A program made the translations under genes and the position numbers. DNA of 63,487 bases, counting the filler, from Basidiobolus meristosporus CBS 931.73 (taxonomy: Eukaryota > Fungi > Basidiobolomycota): the NCBI GenBank assembly GCA_002104905.1. It is 3 parts of 3 records of this genome, joined end to end, with 100 filler letters (N's around TTAATTAATTAA, not from the genome) between each part and the next. Parts side by side here need not be neighbours in the genome. Positions count along the whole stretch, not along the records: positions 24,941 to 51,680 come from MCFE01000913.1; positions 51,781 to 63,487 come from MCFE01001267.1; 1 more part is not named here. One strand, 5' to 3'. Positions 47,308-58,117 of the stretch are shown here, piece after piece. Positions within the stretch are counted from its first letter, which is position 1. The number at the start of each line of letters is the position of its first letter. Below the pieces are notes generated by a model. That model was not told the DNA's origin, ran no database searches, and worked only from the letters and a program-made list of their open reading frames with translations.

Positions 47308-47921
47308 AATATTGGACTATTTGGTATCATTCAGCAGCTAAAAATTTACTTAACAATTCTAGGCTAGTCTTAGTCACTGCAGGACTCATTTACTGCCTTT
47401 ACTTCGCCACTTTCTCCAGATATATGATCTTATGATTATTCCCCTATAGTCAGGATCAAATTAGCACTATTACCAAACATTATGTACTAACCCTGAAACT
47501 GTTACAGAATGCTCCTGAATATTGAGAAACCCTCCCTACTTAGTGTTGCAGCTGTATTACTTCTACAAAGGTATAAATACTGAGCTTCTTTATGAATAAA
47601 CAACAGTTCAACTATTATCACTATTTCTTGATAAGTTCCTTATATCCAAATCACTTCTTAAAATTGCAACAGTTCCTTTCTACAGCCTTCATACTGAGCT
47701 CTCTATCTGAGATAATAACTTCTCACACTTATGATCCATTCTTCCTATTACCAGACTATTTCCTGATTTCTGTGGGTCATTGCACTCAAACTATCAGCTA
47801 CTGCACCTAATTGCATCATTAATGCTCTGGGATGAGCTCACAACAAACTTGGTAATACCAGTGGTGGTGTTGTTATGATAGTCTTTTGCTAGTCTTTTGC
47901 AAGAGTTACAGCATTTGCTAT

Positions 47922-49118
47922 TGGTAAAATACTGGACTCTCAGACACCTTTCAGCAGCAAAAAGTTTACCTAACAATTCTCGACTAGCCTTACTCACCAA
48001 AAGACCTGCTTAGAGCCATAATATTGCTACTTTTGCTCAGATCAATGATTGTAGAATTTGCTTGCTGTAGCTTAGCTCAAATTAGCACTCTGACTAAATA
48101 TTATGTATTTACCCTGAAATTGTTGGAGAGTTATCCTCACAATGGAAATACTCTCCAGACTCAATGTCACAGTTTCAATACCCATATAAAGGCCCATATA
48201 CTAAGCTTCTTTATGAATAAATAACACTTCAATTGTTATCACTTTCTCATGATTGGTTGATTTTATCCAAAACACTTCTTGAAATGCTACAGGTTATGAG
48301 CTCCAAATGTCTTAATCTATTTTACAGTAAACTTCTACTGGCAAGCAGTACAAAACAAGTATCTTCTTGGTGAATGAGGGCTTATATGGGATGAGCTACA
48401 GACTTTGGAGAATTATGCTGCAATCCACCTTGAGGAATGAAAGCTTTAGATAATAATACCAGGTAAGGAGGTTGAGCCCACATAAGCAGCTGAAGAAGCA
48501 GAGAAGCTTCAACCAAAGGAGAGAAATGCCTTTGATGCCATATGTATAGATGTGCAAGATTCCTGCATTGGATATTTTCATACTGCTAGCCCTGCCAAGC
48601 AAGATACAAATTCTTAGAGGAGACCTCTAGAGCAAAGTCAGTTCTGATTATATTAGTTTAAGAAGAAGGTTCCACAAATAGAAGAACAAGCCAGATGATG
48701 ATATTCTACAACTCATTATGAAAATGGAGACACTTGCTCAAGAACTTAAAAGTACTCATGCTGGTATATATTATGAAGAAAAGTTACTATGTCTTCTTTA
48801 GAGCTTTCCAAAGCAGTACAATCCACTCATTCTTTTTTTGGAAAGCAGAGTAGTCATTTTGACCTTAGACTATATATAGGACTACTTGTTGATGAAGAAT
48901 CCAGAAGTGATAACTAAGCAGAGAAAATTGAAGATTTTGTGTTATTCTGCTCTCAAAGACACTCAGAAAAGAGGGGAAGGCAGCAGAAACAAGTAACTGC
49001 ATTAATAAGTAATATATCACCCTGGGGCTTCACATCATATATATGGTATAAAGGAGTGGTTTAGACACTTAAAAGCTTCTCTCATTAGTAATGCTTAGCT
49101 AGGAGACAACTGTGCATT
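47922..49118 (+). mobile_element. Third, heavily decayed copia copy (5' LTR, PBS and gag remnant), truncated by a gypsy insertion
   Basis: 370-bp LTR-like 47922-48291, then GGTTATGAGC, then a gag homolog (TACAGACTTTGGAGAAT...ATCCACCTTGAGGAA) with stops. It ends at the protease-region equivalent GGAGACAACTGTGCATT. Confidence 0.85.
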
Positions 49119-49544
49119 TGTTATGATCTGCTGCTTAAATGTTTAAGTTAGATCAGTTTTTAGTCAAATCAATTAGTATATGTTTAGGTTATCAGTATAT
49201 CAGTATTATCTATGAAATCAGTAGCATTAGTCAGCAAATGAATCAGCAGATCCTTATCAGACAGAACTAGATATATTAAGTAGGATCTTATTGGGTGATG
49301 ATGATGCCATCAAATGAGTCATCAGCCACAACCTACATTAGAAAATACAATTAGTCAGCAATTGATCTGGCAAAATGTATATAAGGAGCGGCTGGAACCT
49401 CAATAAAGATCAGTTCAAGTTTTAGTGAATATAATACTAGCTAAACTCCCTATTCCTCTACAACTCTTATACCAAGACTTGTAACATTGGTAGCAGTGAT
49501 AACCAGAAACCTCCCTCCTGAAGAAAGAAGAAACCACCCTCAAG

Positions 49545-50519
49545 ATGTTGGACAATCAAGAATGGAAGAATGCCATGCAGCAAATCCTGGCCCAACAGCA
49601 ACAGCTACTCCAGATCCTCAGCCAACAGCAACAAGGAATGACTACCATGGCTCAGAGCCAGCAAAGCCCTGTCAAGAGCAACTTTAGTGTGAAGGTCAAC
49701 CGGTACCATGGCAGAGTCAATGAAAACCTGGGAACTTGGCTCTTTCAGATTGAGGAAGCTTTTAAAGCTAAAGGAATTGCTCCAGAGAGCAAGTTGCATT
49801 ATGCAGCTTCTTACCTGGCAGATGCAGCTTTACAGTGGTACCACAACAAGATCAGGTCAGCTACTATGATGGGATGCTCTACAATCTCTACCTGGGATGA
49901 GTTTGTGTCGGAAATTCAGGATGCTTTTGAACCTCCACACCAGCAGACACTACTAAGAAGGAAGTTAAAGACACTCAGACAGAAAGGAATGGTGCAAGAA
50001 TACATCTATGAGTACAGATGTCTACTTGGGCAAATTGAAAAAATGGACCCCTTGGATCAAGTTGAATACTTTGTTGATGGGTTGAAAGAAAGAACTCGCA
50101 AGGAAGTCAATTACCAAAGACCTCAGACTATTGAAGAAGCCATCAAGATTGCCATTGACTATGACTCAGCTATGTTTGGAGTTGGGAAGCCTACAGTGAC
50201 TAATCAGAAAGGCTATAATCATTATGAAATAAGACAATCAGAAGCAGTACCAATGGAAATAGATGCTATGCAGAAGAATCCCTACTCAGAAGAATGCAAG
50301 AAGAGAGGACTTTGCTTCAATTGCCACCAGCAGGGACATATTGCAAAGTACTGCCCTCAGAGAAGAAATGGACACCAGCCAACAAGAACCTTCAACCATA
50401 TTGAGTCCCATGAACACAGTAATGTGGAAGATGAGCTTGAAGAAGACTTGGAACTCACCTTCCATATGACAGAAGAGTACTTGTCCCAAATGACTTCAAA
50501 CTCAGGGAAGTTATTGTAG
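49545..50519 (+). CDS. Gypsy Gag (retrotransposon gag domain and CCHC knuckle)
   Basis: LGTWLFQIEEAF, ALQWY, RKLKTLRQKGMVQEY and CFNCHQQGHIAKYC. Ends at an in-frame TAG at 50517-19. Confidence 0.9.
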   Translation: MLDNQEWKNAMQQILAQQQQLLQILSQQQQGMTTMAQSQQSPVKSNFSVKVNRYHGRVNENLGTWLFQIEEAFKAKGIAPESKLHYAASYLADAALQWYHNKIRSATMMGCSTISTWDEFVSEIQDAFEPPHQQTLLRRKLKTLRQKGMVQEYIYEYRCLLGQIEKMDPLDQVEYFVDGLKERTRKEVNYQRPQTIEEAIKIAIDYDSAMFGVGKPTVTNQKGYNHYEIRQSEAVPMEIDAMQKNPYSEECKKRGLCFNCHQQGHIAKYCPQRRNGHQPTRTFNHIESHEHSNVEDELEEDLELTFHMTEEYLSQMTSNSGKLL

Positions 50520-51659
50520 TTGAATGGAGTAATCAATGGAGTACCTGCCAAGATCATGATTGACTCAGGAGCATTGCATGAGTACATGTCAGAGCAATTT
50601 GCTTTGAAAGCTGGAATCAACTCGGAACCTACCAAATCAACTTCAGTTTCCACAGCTGATGGGAACTCCCACATAATCAACCGTATTACCCAGCCAGTAA
50701 GAATGAAGATCAATGACTATGAAGAAGACCTACAGGCTTATATATTTGGGAACTGCAAGTTTGACCTTGTACTTGGAAAAACCTGGCTATTTTGTTGTAA
50801 TCCATCAATTAACTGGAGAACCCATGCTACTAAGATCCAAAAAGACAACAAGACCTATGAGCTATTACCTGCCATGCTGGATTTCAACTTGGTCAATTCC
50901 AGTGTGTGTGAGACAAGTGAACTTAGCAAGACCCAGTTCTGTAGAGCACTTAGAAAAGGTGCCAAGATGTTCCTCATGGCGGTATTACAGGAGGATTCCT
51001 CTACCCCAGCACCCCAGCAGGTCCAGACTCTCTTGAAGAAATATTCAGACGTGTTCCCAGATGAGCTTGTAAGCCTACCACCAGTCAGAGATGTGGATCA
51101 TGCCATTGACACAGGAGATAGCCCTCCAGTGAGCAAGACACCTTACAGAATGAGTCCATTAGAATTGGAGGAAATGAAGAGACAAATTGATCAGCTATTG
51201 GAGCAAGGATACATCAGGCCCAGCAAGTCACCCTGGGGAGCACCAGTGCTTTTTGTGAAAAAGAAGGATGGAACACTCAGGATGTGCATTGACTACAGAG
51301 CCCTGAACTCAGTTACCATCAAGAATAAATACCCCATACCTCGGATTGATGAGCTTTTAGACCAACTTAATGGAGCCACTATTTTCAGCAAGATTGACCT
51401 CATGTCAGGATACAACCAGATTAGGGTGAAGCCAGAAGACATCCCCAAGACAGCATTCAGGACCAGATATGGACATTACGAGTACTTAATCATGAGTTTT
51501 GGCCTCACCAATGCCCCTGCAACATTCATGATGCTGATGCAGACTGTCATTCAGGAGTACTTAGACAAGTTTGAGATAATCTACCTGGATGACATATTGA
51601 TATACAGCAAGACAGAAGAGGATCATGTAGTGCACATTGAAAAGGTCTTGAAGAACTAA
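50520..51659 (+). CDS. Gypsy Pol (aspartic protease and RT), same frame as gag; 1-nt deletion near the end
   Basis: [47 protein letters not shown] and YLDDILIYS. Confidence 0.92.
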   Translation: MNGVINGVPAKIMIDSGALHEYMSEQFALKAGINSEPTKSTSVSTADGNSHIINRITQPVRMKINDYEEDLQAYIFGNCKFDLVLGKTWLFCCNPSINWRTHATKIQKDNKTYELLPAMLDFNLVNSSVCETSELSKTQFCRALRKGAKMFLMAVLQEDSSTPAPQQVQTLLKKYSDVFPDELVSLPPVRDVDHAIDTGDSPPVSKTPYRMSPLELEEMKRQIDQLLEQGYIRPSKSPWGAPVLFVKKKDGTLRMCIDYRALNSVTIKNKYPIPRIDELLDQLNGATIFSKIDLMSGYNQIRVKPEDIPKTAFRTRYGHYEYLIMSFGLTNAPATFMMLMQTVIQEYLDKFEIIYLDDILIYSKTEEDHVVHIEKVLKN

Positions 51660-51680
51660 GAGAGAACAAGCTATATGGCA

Positions 51681-51780
51681 NNNNNNNNNNNNNNNNNNNN
51701 NNNNNNNNNNNNNNNNNNNNNNNNTTAATTAATTAANNNNNNNNNNNNNNNNNNNNNNNNNNNNNNNNNNNNNNNNNNNN
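51681..51780. other. Artificial contig linker (44 N + TTAATTAATTAA + 44 N)
   Basis: Same construct as 24841-24940. Confidence 0.95.
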
Positions 51781-52415
51781 GACTTTCTTCCTAGCATTTC
51801 TAGGTAGATATTACACACGTAAATATCCGGAACGCCCTCCATAGACGATATCTGATCAAACGTGTGTTGGACTTGTTGAAGCGTTCCATACCTGTATTGG
51901 AACAATATCAACGGGAATAGCTCCTGAGGGGTTTTGAAAGAAATATTCAAGGAGTCCATGGTTTTCAAGAGTGTATGGCATTTGTTTTGGAACTCGACCG
52001 AACCTTCAGTTCTTTTTCCCAATACACGAAGTAGACGAGACAATTGTAGGGTAGATACTTGTCTGACCGAGTGGATTTTTAGCAATTCTTCAAATGCCTC
52101 CCAAGCTGCAACAGCATTTCGTTCTCTCAAAGCAATCTCTAAGGTTGCCTTGTGGTTAATACGTAAAGACTTGATACCGGGCATTGAAGTCTTGGGTTGT
52201 GCTGGCACAGACAATTGGTCAGTATTGCCCGGTTTCTGCTTTTCCATCACAGAATACTTGTCCTTTGTTGAAGGTAAATTCTTTTCTGAATATGTGGCAA
52301 GTAGACGGATATGTGTATGAATACGAGGAAAACCAAAAGAGGGCGGAAGAGCAGATGACTTGTTCAGCGATACAAATTTGTGTGTAGGTAGAGAAGCCCT
52401 GATACGGTTAAGCAT
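51781..52415 (-). CDS. N-terminal part of a probable mitochondrial pentatricopeptide-repeat (PPR)-like protein, truncated by the contig end
   Basis: Basic, Ser-rich presequence-like start MLNRIRASLPTHKF. Helical repeats end in ...QQVQHTFDQISSMEGVPDIYVCNIYLEMLGRK, which resembles the PPR 'PD..tYN.Li' consensus. Confidence 0.6.
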
Positions 52416-53096
52416 TGTTGGCCTAACATCACTTGAGTAGTTACTGAACGAGAAAAACAGCGTTGTAACAGCATTCCAGAGCGAATCGCAACGGTGAAAA
52501 GTCGTTTTGCATGACACTCCAGTTGATAGACCGCTCTTTTAGGATCTGACTATGGCTGCTTGATGTTGGATTAAAATTTTTCTGGAGTAGAAATATCTTG
52601 ATGAAGAGCGGATTCACCAGATTAATTATCCTTAGATGGCTTTTATAGTATTCTGAATTAGCACAACATGATGAATTCAATAGACAAATCTTAAAATATG
52701 AATAGAATGAATTATCCGGGAATACCCAAAGGTTTATTCTGTTTACATACAATACAATAGGATTGATATCTACAAGTGAGTTAACAAGCTTGTAGCCTGT
52801 GGCGTAGGTATTTCGGTAAATGTAATGGTTGCTCGGGTAGAATTCGGGTAGTGGAAACCTTGGTATGGTTATGCTGTGCAGCGGAGTTGAATCAATCTGA
52901 AAGCCGGTAAATTGCAGTGCGATTTGGAGGGTGGGTAAATGGTGGAGATCCCGGTATGTCCTTGGTCTTTCCTACCAGGTATCACCTTCCACACTACCAC
53001 CCAACTAACCCACCACAACCTTATTCCAGATCATTGTAGCTCCGGTCATAGACTTCTTCACAACGATGCAGTACTACCCTCAACCCCCACATGGCT

Positions 53097-54398
53097 CTAA
53101 TGCTCCTCCTCCAGTGCCCCAGGAATATCCTTGAGATCCATCTCGACAAGATCTTTGAGTGCCTGTCCAATAATCTTGGTGCCTTCAAGGAGTTGCTCCT
53201 CGGTGATGACAAGCGGAGGTGCCAACCGAATGATGTTCTCATGGGTAGGCTTGGCCAAAAGCCCTCTCTCCTTCAGGAGCAAGCACAGGTGCCAGGCGGT
53301 CTTTGGTGCCGCCTTCTCTTGGTCAATGACAATGGCGTTCAACAATCCACGTCCACGGACACAGGAGACAATTGGCGAGTTCAGGTTGCGAAGCTCCTTG
53401 CGGAAAATCTCGCCGAGACGTTCGGCTCTCTCGACAAGACCCTCCTCCTTGACCACCTCGAGTGCGGCCATGGCGACAGCACACCCAAGTGGATTGCCAC
53501 CATAGGTGGATCCATGCTCTCCGGGCTTGATGCACAGCATCACTTCCTTGTCGGCCAACACCGCTGACACTGGGTAAACTCCTCCGGAGAGGGCCTTGCC
53601 AAGGAGAACCATGTCTGGGCGGAAGCCCTCGTGATCGATGGCTAGCATGGTTCCAGTACGCGCAATACCGGTCTGGATCTCATCAGCAATGAAGAGAATG
53701 TTGTGCTTCTTGCACAGGTCATAGCACTTGCGGAGGTATCCCTCATCCGGAACCATGATACCAGCCTCGCCCTGGATTGGCTCCACAAGGAATGCCGCGA
53801 TCTTCTCAGGCTGTGCCTCGATGGCCGCCTTGAGATCGTCGTAGTTGTTGTACCGAATCTCACGTCCAGTCTTGGTGCAGAATGGCCCGACATTGGGAAG
53901 GTAGGGCCCGAACTCATTGCGTGCATCCGGGTCGGTAGACATGGAAATGATACCACAGGTACGTCCGTGGAAGTTGTTGCTGCAGGAGAGAACAACCGCT
54001 TCGTTGGCTGGAATTCCCTTCTTCTGGTAACCCCACTTACGGGCAAGCTTGATGGCTGTCTCCACCGCTTCAGCTCCGGTGTTCATGGGTAGGACCATCT
54101 CATAGCCAAAGTACTCCGTCACATACTTGGCGTAGCGTCCGAACACGTCATTGTAGAAGGCACGGGAGCTAAGGCATAGCTTTTGTGCTTGCTCCACCAA
54201 GGCATTGATGATCTTGGGGTGGCTGTGACCTTGGTTGACTGCGGAGTATGCTGAGAGGAAATCAAAGTACTGCTTGCCCTCGGGGTCCCAAACATACACT
54301 CCCTCGGCCTTGGAGAAGACCACGGGGAGGGGGTGGTAGTTGTGGGCACTGTAGCTGTGTTCTAGCTCGATAATTTGCTCAGAGGTGTAGACGGTCAT
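53097..54398 (-). CDS. CAR2: Ornithine aminotransferase (class III PLP enzyme), copy A, intronless
   Basis: [55 protein letters not shown] (PLP lysine) and [10 protein letters not shown]. Confidence 0.97.
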   Translation of the reverse strand: MTVYTSEQIIELEHSYSAHNYHPLPVVFSKAEGVYVWDPEGKQYFDFLSAYSAVNQGHSHPKIINALVEQAQKLCLSSRAFYNDVFGRYAKYVTEYFGYEMVLPMNTGAEAVETAIKLARKWGYQKKGIPANEAVVLSCSNNFHGRTCGIISMSTDPDARNEFGPYLPNVGPFCTKTGREIRYNNYDDLKAAIEAQPEKIAAFLVEPIQGEAGIMVPDEGYLRKCYDLCKKHNILFIADEIQTGIARTGTMLAIDHEGFRPDMVLLGKALSGGVYPVSAVLADKEVMLCIKPGEHGSTYGGNPLGCAVAMAALEVVKEEGLVERAERLGEIFRKELRNLNSPIVSCVRGRGLLNAIVIDQEKAAPKTAWHLCLLLKERGLLAKPTHENIIRLAPPLVITEEQLLEGTKIIGQALKDLVEMDLKDIPGALEEEH

Positions 54399-54437
54399 AT
54401 CGGATGATCAATAGTTGACCATTAGCCAGAAAAAGGC

Positions 54438-54447
54438 TATATTTATA
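54438..54447 (-). promoter_or_regulatory. TATA box (TATAAATATA) of OAT copy A
   Basis: Exact 10-mer 40 nt upstream of the ATG. Confidence 0.55.
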
Positions 54448-55436
54448 GATGTTCGTGCAATGATATTTGGCCAACCTTAAGCTTGATTTAGAATGATCTA
54501 ATAGGAACCAGCCAATCATTAGTGCTATCAAAGCCCGCTAATCATATGACTTTATCCTCGGAACTCTTTAAGAGCAACTGGACACGGAACCTACTATTAC
54601 AGAAATCAGTGAAAGGTTTCATTCTTGAGAATATATGGGCGTCATTCAAACGGTAACCATTCACCAAAACATTAATATTCTAGATGTCAATTCTTTTGCA
54701 CCCATATTTGTACGACGTCTCGAGTATGATGATCAAAATTTCCCACACATACCCCTAGTTTTCGAGATTCCCAGGAATGGCCCATGAACTGTATGTGAAT
54801 GTGAACCTGAATATTGTCCTGCAGTTTTAGAAAGTGTTTTACAGTTATTTGTTAGCAACATTCCCGATTTCGGGCAACAAAAAACTCGCCATCCAATTCG
54901 AAACTGTCAATATTGGAATGCATCAATCATTGGTACTTCCGCAAGTCCTCTCTTTAGACTCCGTGATAAAGGTTAATATTGTTAACGTTATTACATCATT
55001 GGACCATCATTGAAGCAGAGTGCAATATTCGTGTATCCACCGCAGATTTTTGAAATTCAGGAAATCTTGAGTGAATATAATTGAAGGTACTGGGTACTGT
55101 AGAATGTCAGATATATTGCAATCCGAGCCGCTGGACCAAGTCTATTTTATGGAATTCGCTGTACTTGAACGATGGTTCTGGTCCGATGAGATCTATATCC
55201 TATTCGGACCCCCTGAGACACAGGTCCGAAAGAGGTCCGATGCGCTTCTGAAATTTTGTGGGATATATACGGATCCTCAATATCAATATCATAAAAAGTT
55301 GGCACATTATCACAACATTTAGGTATTCTGGAATGAAATGGACCTCAAGTTAGGTACGTATGTGAGAAATTGGCCTCACAAGAAAGATGATTGGTGGGTC
55401 ACGAAGTTGACATCTCCAGAATTTTCCAAACTGAAC

Positions 55437-55444
55437 TATAAAAG
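55437..55444 (+). promoter_or_regulatory. TATA box (TATAAAAG) of OAT copy B
   Basis: Lies 44 nt upstream of the ATG at 55488. The surrounding sequence is unrelated to the copy A promoter. Confidence 0.5.
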
Positions 55445-55487
55445 GCGACATTTGCCATTCCGTAGCAAGCATTGTTAGAACAATACC

Positions 55488-56789
55488 ATGACCATTTACT
55501 CCTCCGAACAAATTATCGAGCTAGAACACAGCTACAGTGCCCACAACTACCACCCCCTCCCCGTGGTCTTCTCCAAGGCCGAGGGAGTGTATGTTTGGGA
55601 CCCCGAGGGCAAGCAGTACTTTGATTTCCTCTCAGCATACTCCGCAGTCAACCAAGGTCACAGCCACCCCAAGATCATCAATGCCTTGGTGGAGCAAGCA
55701 CAAAAGCTATGCCTTAGCTCCCGTGCCTTCTACAATGACGTGTTCGGACGCTACGCCAAGTATGTGACGGAGTACTTTGGCTATGAGATGGTCCTACCCA
55801 TGAACACCGGAGCTGAAGCGGTGGAGACAGCCATCAAGCTTGCCCGTAAGTGGGGTTACCAGAAGAAGGGAATTCCAGCCAACGAAGCGGTTGTTCTCTC
55901 CTGCAGCAACAACTTCCACGGACGTACCTGTGGTATCATTTCCATGTCTACCGACCCGGATGCACGCAATGAGTTCGGGCCCTACCTTCCCAATGTCGGG
56001 CCATTCTGCACCAAGACTGGACGTGAGATTCGGTACAACAACTACGACGATCTCAAGGCGGCCATCGAGGCACAGCCTGAGAAGATCGCGGCATTCCTTG
56101 TGGAGCCAATCCAGGGCGAGGCTGGTATCATGGTTCCGGATGAGGGATACCTCCGCAAGTGCTATGACCTGTGCAAGAAGCACAACATTCTCTTCATTGC
56201 TGATGAGATCCAGACCGGTATTGCGCGTACTGGAACCATGCTAGCCATTGATCACGAGGGCTTCCGCCCAGACATGGTTCTCCTTGGCAAGGCCCTCTCC
56301 GGAGGAGTTTACCCAGTGTCAGCGGTGTTGGCCGACAAGGAAGTGATGCTGTGCATCAAGCCCGGAGAGCATGGATCCACCTATGGTGGCAATCCACTTG
56401 GGTGTGCTGTCGCCATGGCCGCACTCGAGGTGGTCAAGGAGGAGGGTCTTGTCGAGAGAGCCGAACGTCTTGGCGAGATTTTCCGCAAGGAGCTCCGCAA
56501 CCTGAACTCGCCAATTGTCTCCTGTGTCCGTGGACGTGGATTGTTGAACGCCATTGTCATTGACCAAGAGAAGGCGGCACCAAAGACCGCCTGGCACCTG
56601 TGCTTGCTCCTGAAGGAGAGAGGGCTTTTGGCCAAGCCTACCCATGAGAACATCATTCGGTTGGCACCTCCACTTGTCATCACCGAGGAGCAACTCCTTG
56701 AAGGCACCCAGATTATTGGACAGGCACTCAAAGATCTTGTCGAGATGGATCTCAAGGATATTCCTGGGGCACTGGAGGAGGAGCATTAG
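55488..56789 (+). CDS. CAR2: Ornithine aminotransferase, copy B, intronless
   Basis: Same motifs as copy A. The proteins differ only at V3/I3, T5/S5 and one K/Q near the C-terminus. Confidence 0.97.
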   Translation: MTIYSSEQIIELEHSYSAHNYHPLPVVFSKAEGVYVWDPEGKQYFDFLSAYSAVNQGHSHPKIINALVEQAQKLCLSSRAFYNDVFGRYAKYVTEYFGYEMVLPMNTGAEAVETAIKLARKWGYQKKGIPANEAVVLSCSNNFHGRTCGIISMSTDPDARNEFGPYLPNVGPFCTKTGREIRYNNYDDLKAAIEAQPEKIAAFLVEPIQGEAGIMVPDEGYLRKCYDLCKKHNILFIADEIQTGIARTGTMLAIDHEGFRPDMVLLGKALSGGVYPVSAVLADKEVMLCIKPGEHGSTYGGNPLGCAVAMAALEVVKEEGLVERAERLGEIFRKELRNLNSPIVSCVRGRGLLNAIVIDQEKAAPKTAWHLCLLLKERGLLAKPTHENIIRLAPPLVITEEQLLEGTQIIGQALKDLVEMDLKDIPGALEEEH

Positions 56790-58117
56790 AGCCATGTGGG
56801 GGTTGAGGGTAGTACTGCATCGTTGTGAAGAAGTCTATGACCGGAGCTACAATGATCTGGAATAAGGTTGTGGTGGGTTAGTTGGGTGGTAGTGTGGAAG
56901 GTGATACCTGGTAGGAAAGACCAAGGACATACCGGGATCTCCACCATTTACCCACCCTCCAAATCACACTGCAATTTACCGGCTTTCAGATTGATTCAAC
57001 TCCGCTGCACAGCATAACCATACCAAGGTTTCCACTACCCGAATTCTACCCGAGCAACCATTACATTTACCGAAATACCTACGCCACAGGCTACAAGCTT
57101 GTTAACTCACTTGTAGATATCAATCCTATTGTATTGTATGTAAACAGAATAAACCTTTGGGTATTCACCAGTAAATTCTATTTCAAGTCGAGTATCTGGT
57201 AAATATTCTTGAAGCGACGAATGATAGTAAACTGTCAAGTCCAAAAAATCGGAGCGATATCAATGCCTCAGCATGGACGGAATAGTTTGAGTTGGTTATC
57301 AGGAATCGAGAATTTTCATAGATATATGGACTCAGCAGCTTGGTAACGTATGTTGAATTCATTAATCATGAGCAAAGAAGTATCATTATTGTATCGGGAA
57401 TAATTGGGCCAAGAATGTGGTTTTGTAAATGCTTAGCACCTCAAAATAAATTATCAATGGAGGTGGTGAAGAGCATATTAAACCAACTTTGAAATATCTA
57501 GTCGCTGGCGTATTCAACAAAATACATTAGTGGCGACTTCCGAAACAGATCTAGATGGTAATTTATGACCAGCTCATGACCTAGAAATGCAAATAGTGAA
57601 TGACATAGTTTTACGGTGCATTTAGATAGATATATAACTATTTATGTGGTTAGACCCTTAATGGCTTGCAAAGCGCAGTCCAAACAAAAATAAATAATGT
57701 TCAGCAACTACGTCATGGAGCTTCAATAGTGTTCACTTAACAGAGGAAACATACTCATTCTGGGAGGATGCTCGGGGTAGATTAGCCAAGGTTGCCTATA
57801 TTACACTATTATTGGGTACTACATCTTGGAGGCGCTAATCAGCCAAGTGTACTGAATGATATGGAAGTGACACTTCGGATGGTCAATACTCAACCAAGCA
57901 TTCATACGTATTGAGAGGTGTTTAAAGTGACGGCACATGCCCAAAGTTCACGTTACACGCACATTTTTGACATGTACCTACTAGTTCGCGAATGGCTCAC
58001 CTGATGATAGTGCCTTCGAAGTCTAACCATAAATAAAAGCGGCCGCACAGCAGAGTTAACATCATCTATGTATAATCTCTAGAATACCTTTTCACCACCT
58101 TTTACTCAGAATTCTTG

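Larger units (their letters stand above)
42985..47671 (+). mobile_element. Ty1/copia LTR retrotransposon copy 2, very young; TSD GTTCC
   Basis: 370-bp LTRs at 42985-43354 and 47302-47671 appear identical. GTTCC at 42980-84 and 47672-76. PBS at 43355, PPT GAGGGGGAG at 47293-47301. Confidence 0.98.
39500..47921 (-). mobile_element. Decayed EnSpm/CACTA-like DNA transposon, right copy (interrupted by copia-2); boundaries approximate
   Basis: 41275-41460 reads LLDELWRL...GDTSAISKISAFYGHKKQYFCQM (tnp2-like). 41880-41990 matches 25490-25610 in reverse (GCTTGCAGAGAAAGGCAATTTG). The copia-2 flanks match 24950-25200 in reverse. Confidence 0.6.
49119..51680 (+). mobile_element. Ty3/gypsy LTR retrotransposon, 5' part (runs off the contig end)
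   Basis: 368-bp LTR TGTTA...TAACA (49119-49486), then TGGTAGCAG PBS (tRNA-iMet 3'-end-like), gag, protease and RT. Confidence 0.95.
52720..57166. repeat. Large inverted repeat: arms about 52720-54377 and about 55509-57166, spacer about 1.1 kb
   Basis: The arms include OAT codon 8 onward plus about 380 bp of 3' flank. Only about six mismatches were seen by eye. Outer ends GAATACCCAAAGG / CCTTTGGGTATTC. Confidence 0.95.

Noticed and set aside
50517-50519. Single in-frame TAG between gypsy gag and pol as a programmed readthrough site
   Set aside because: The decayed paralog has TAC at the equivalent codon (AAA CCA TTA TAC CTG AGT GGA, about 36920-36940, versus AAG TTA TTG TAG TTG AAT GGA), so a point mutation is the simpler explanation. 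Other genomic copies could reopen this.
51729-52517. ORF-track protein running into X residues
   Set aside because: The end is an artefact of the linker and the start is a non-ATG extension. The supported part is 52415 to the contig edge.
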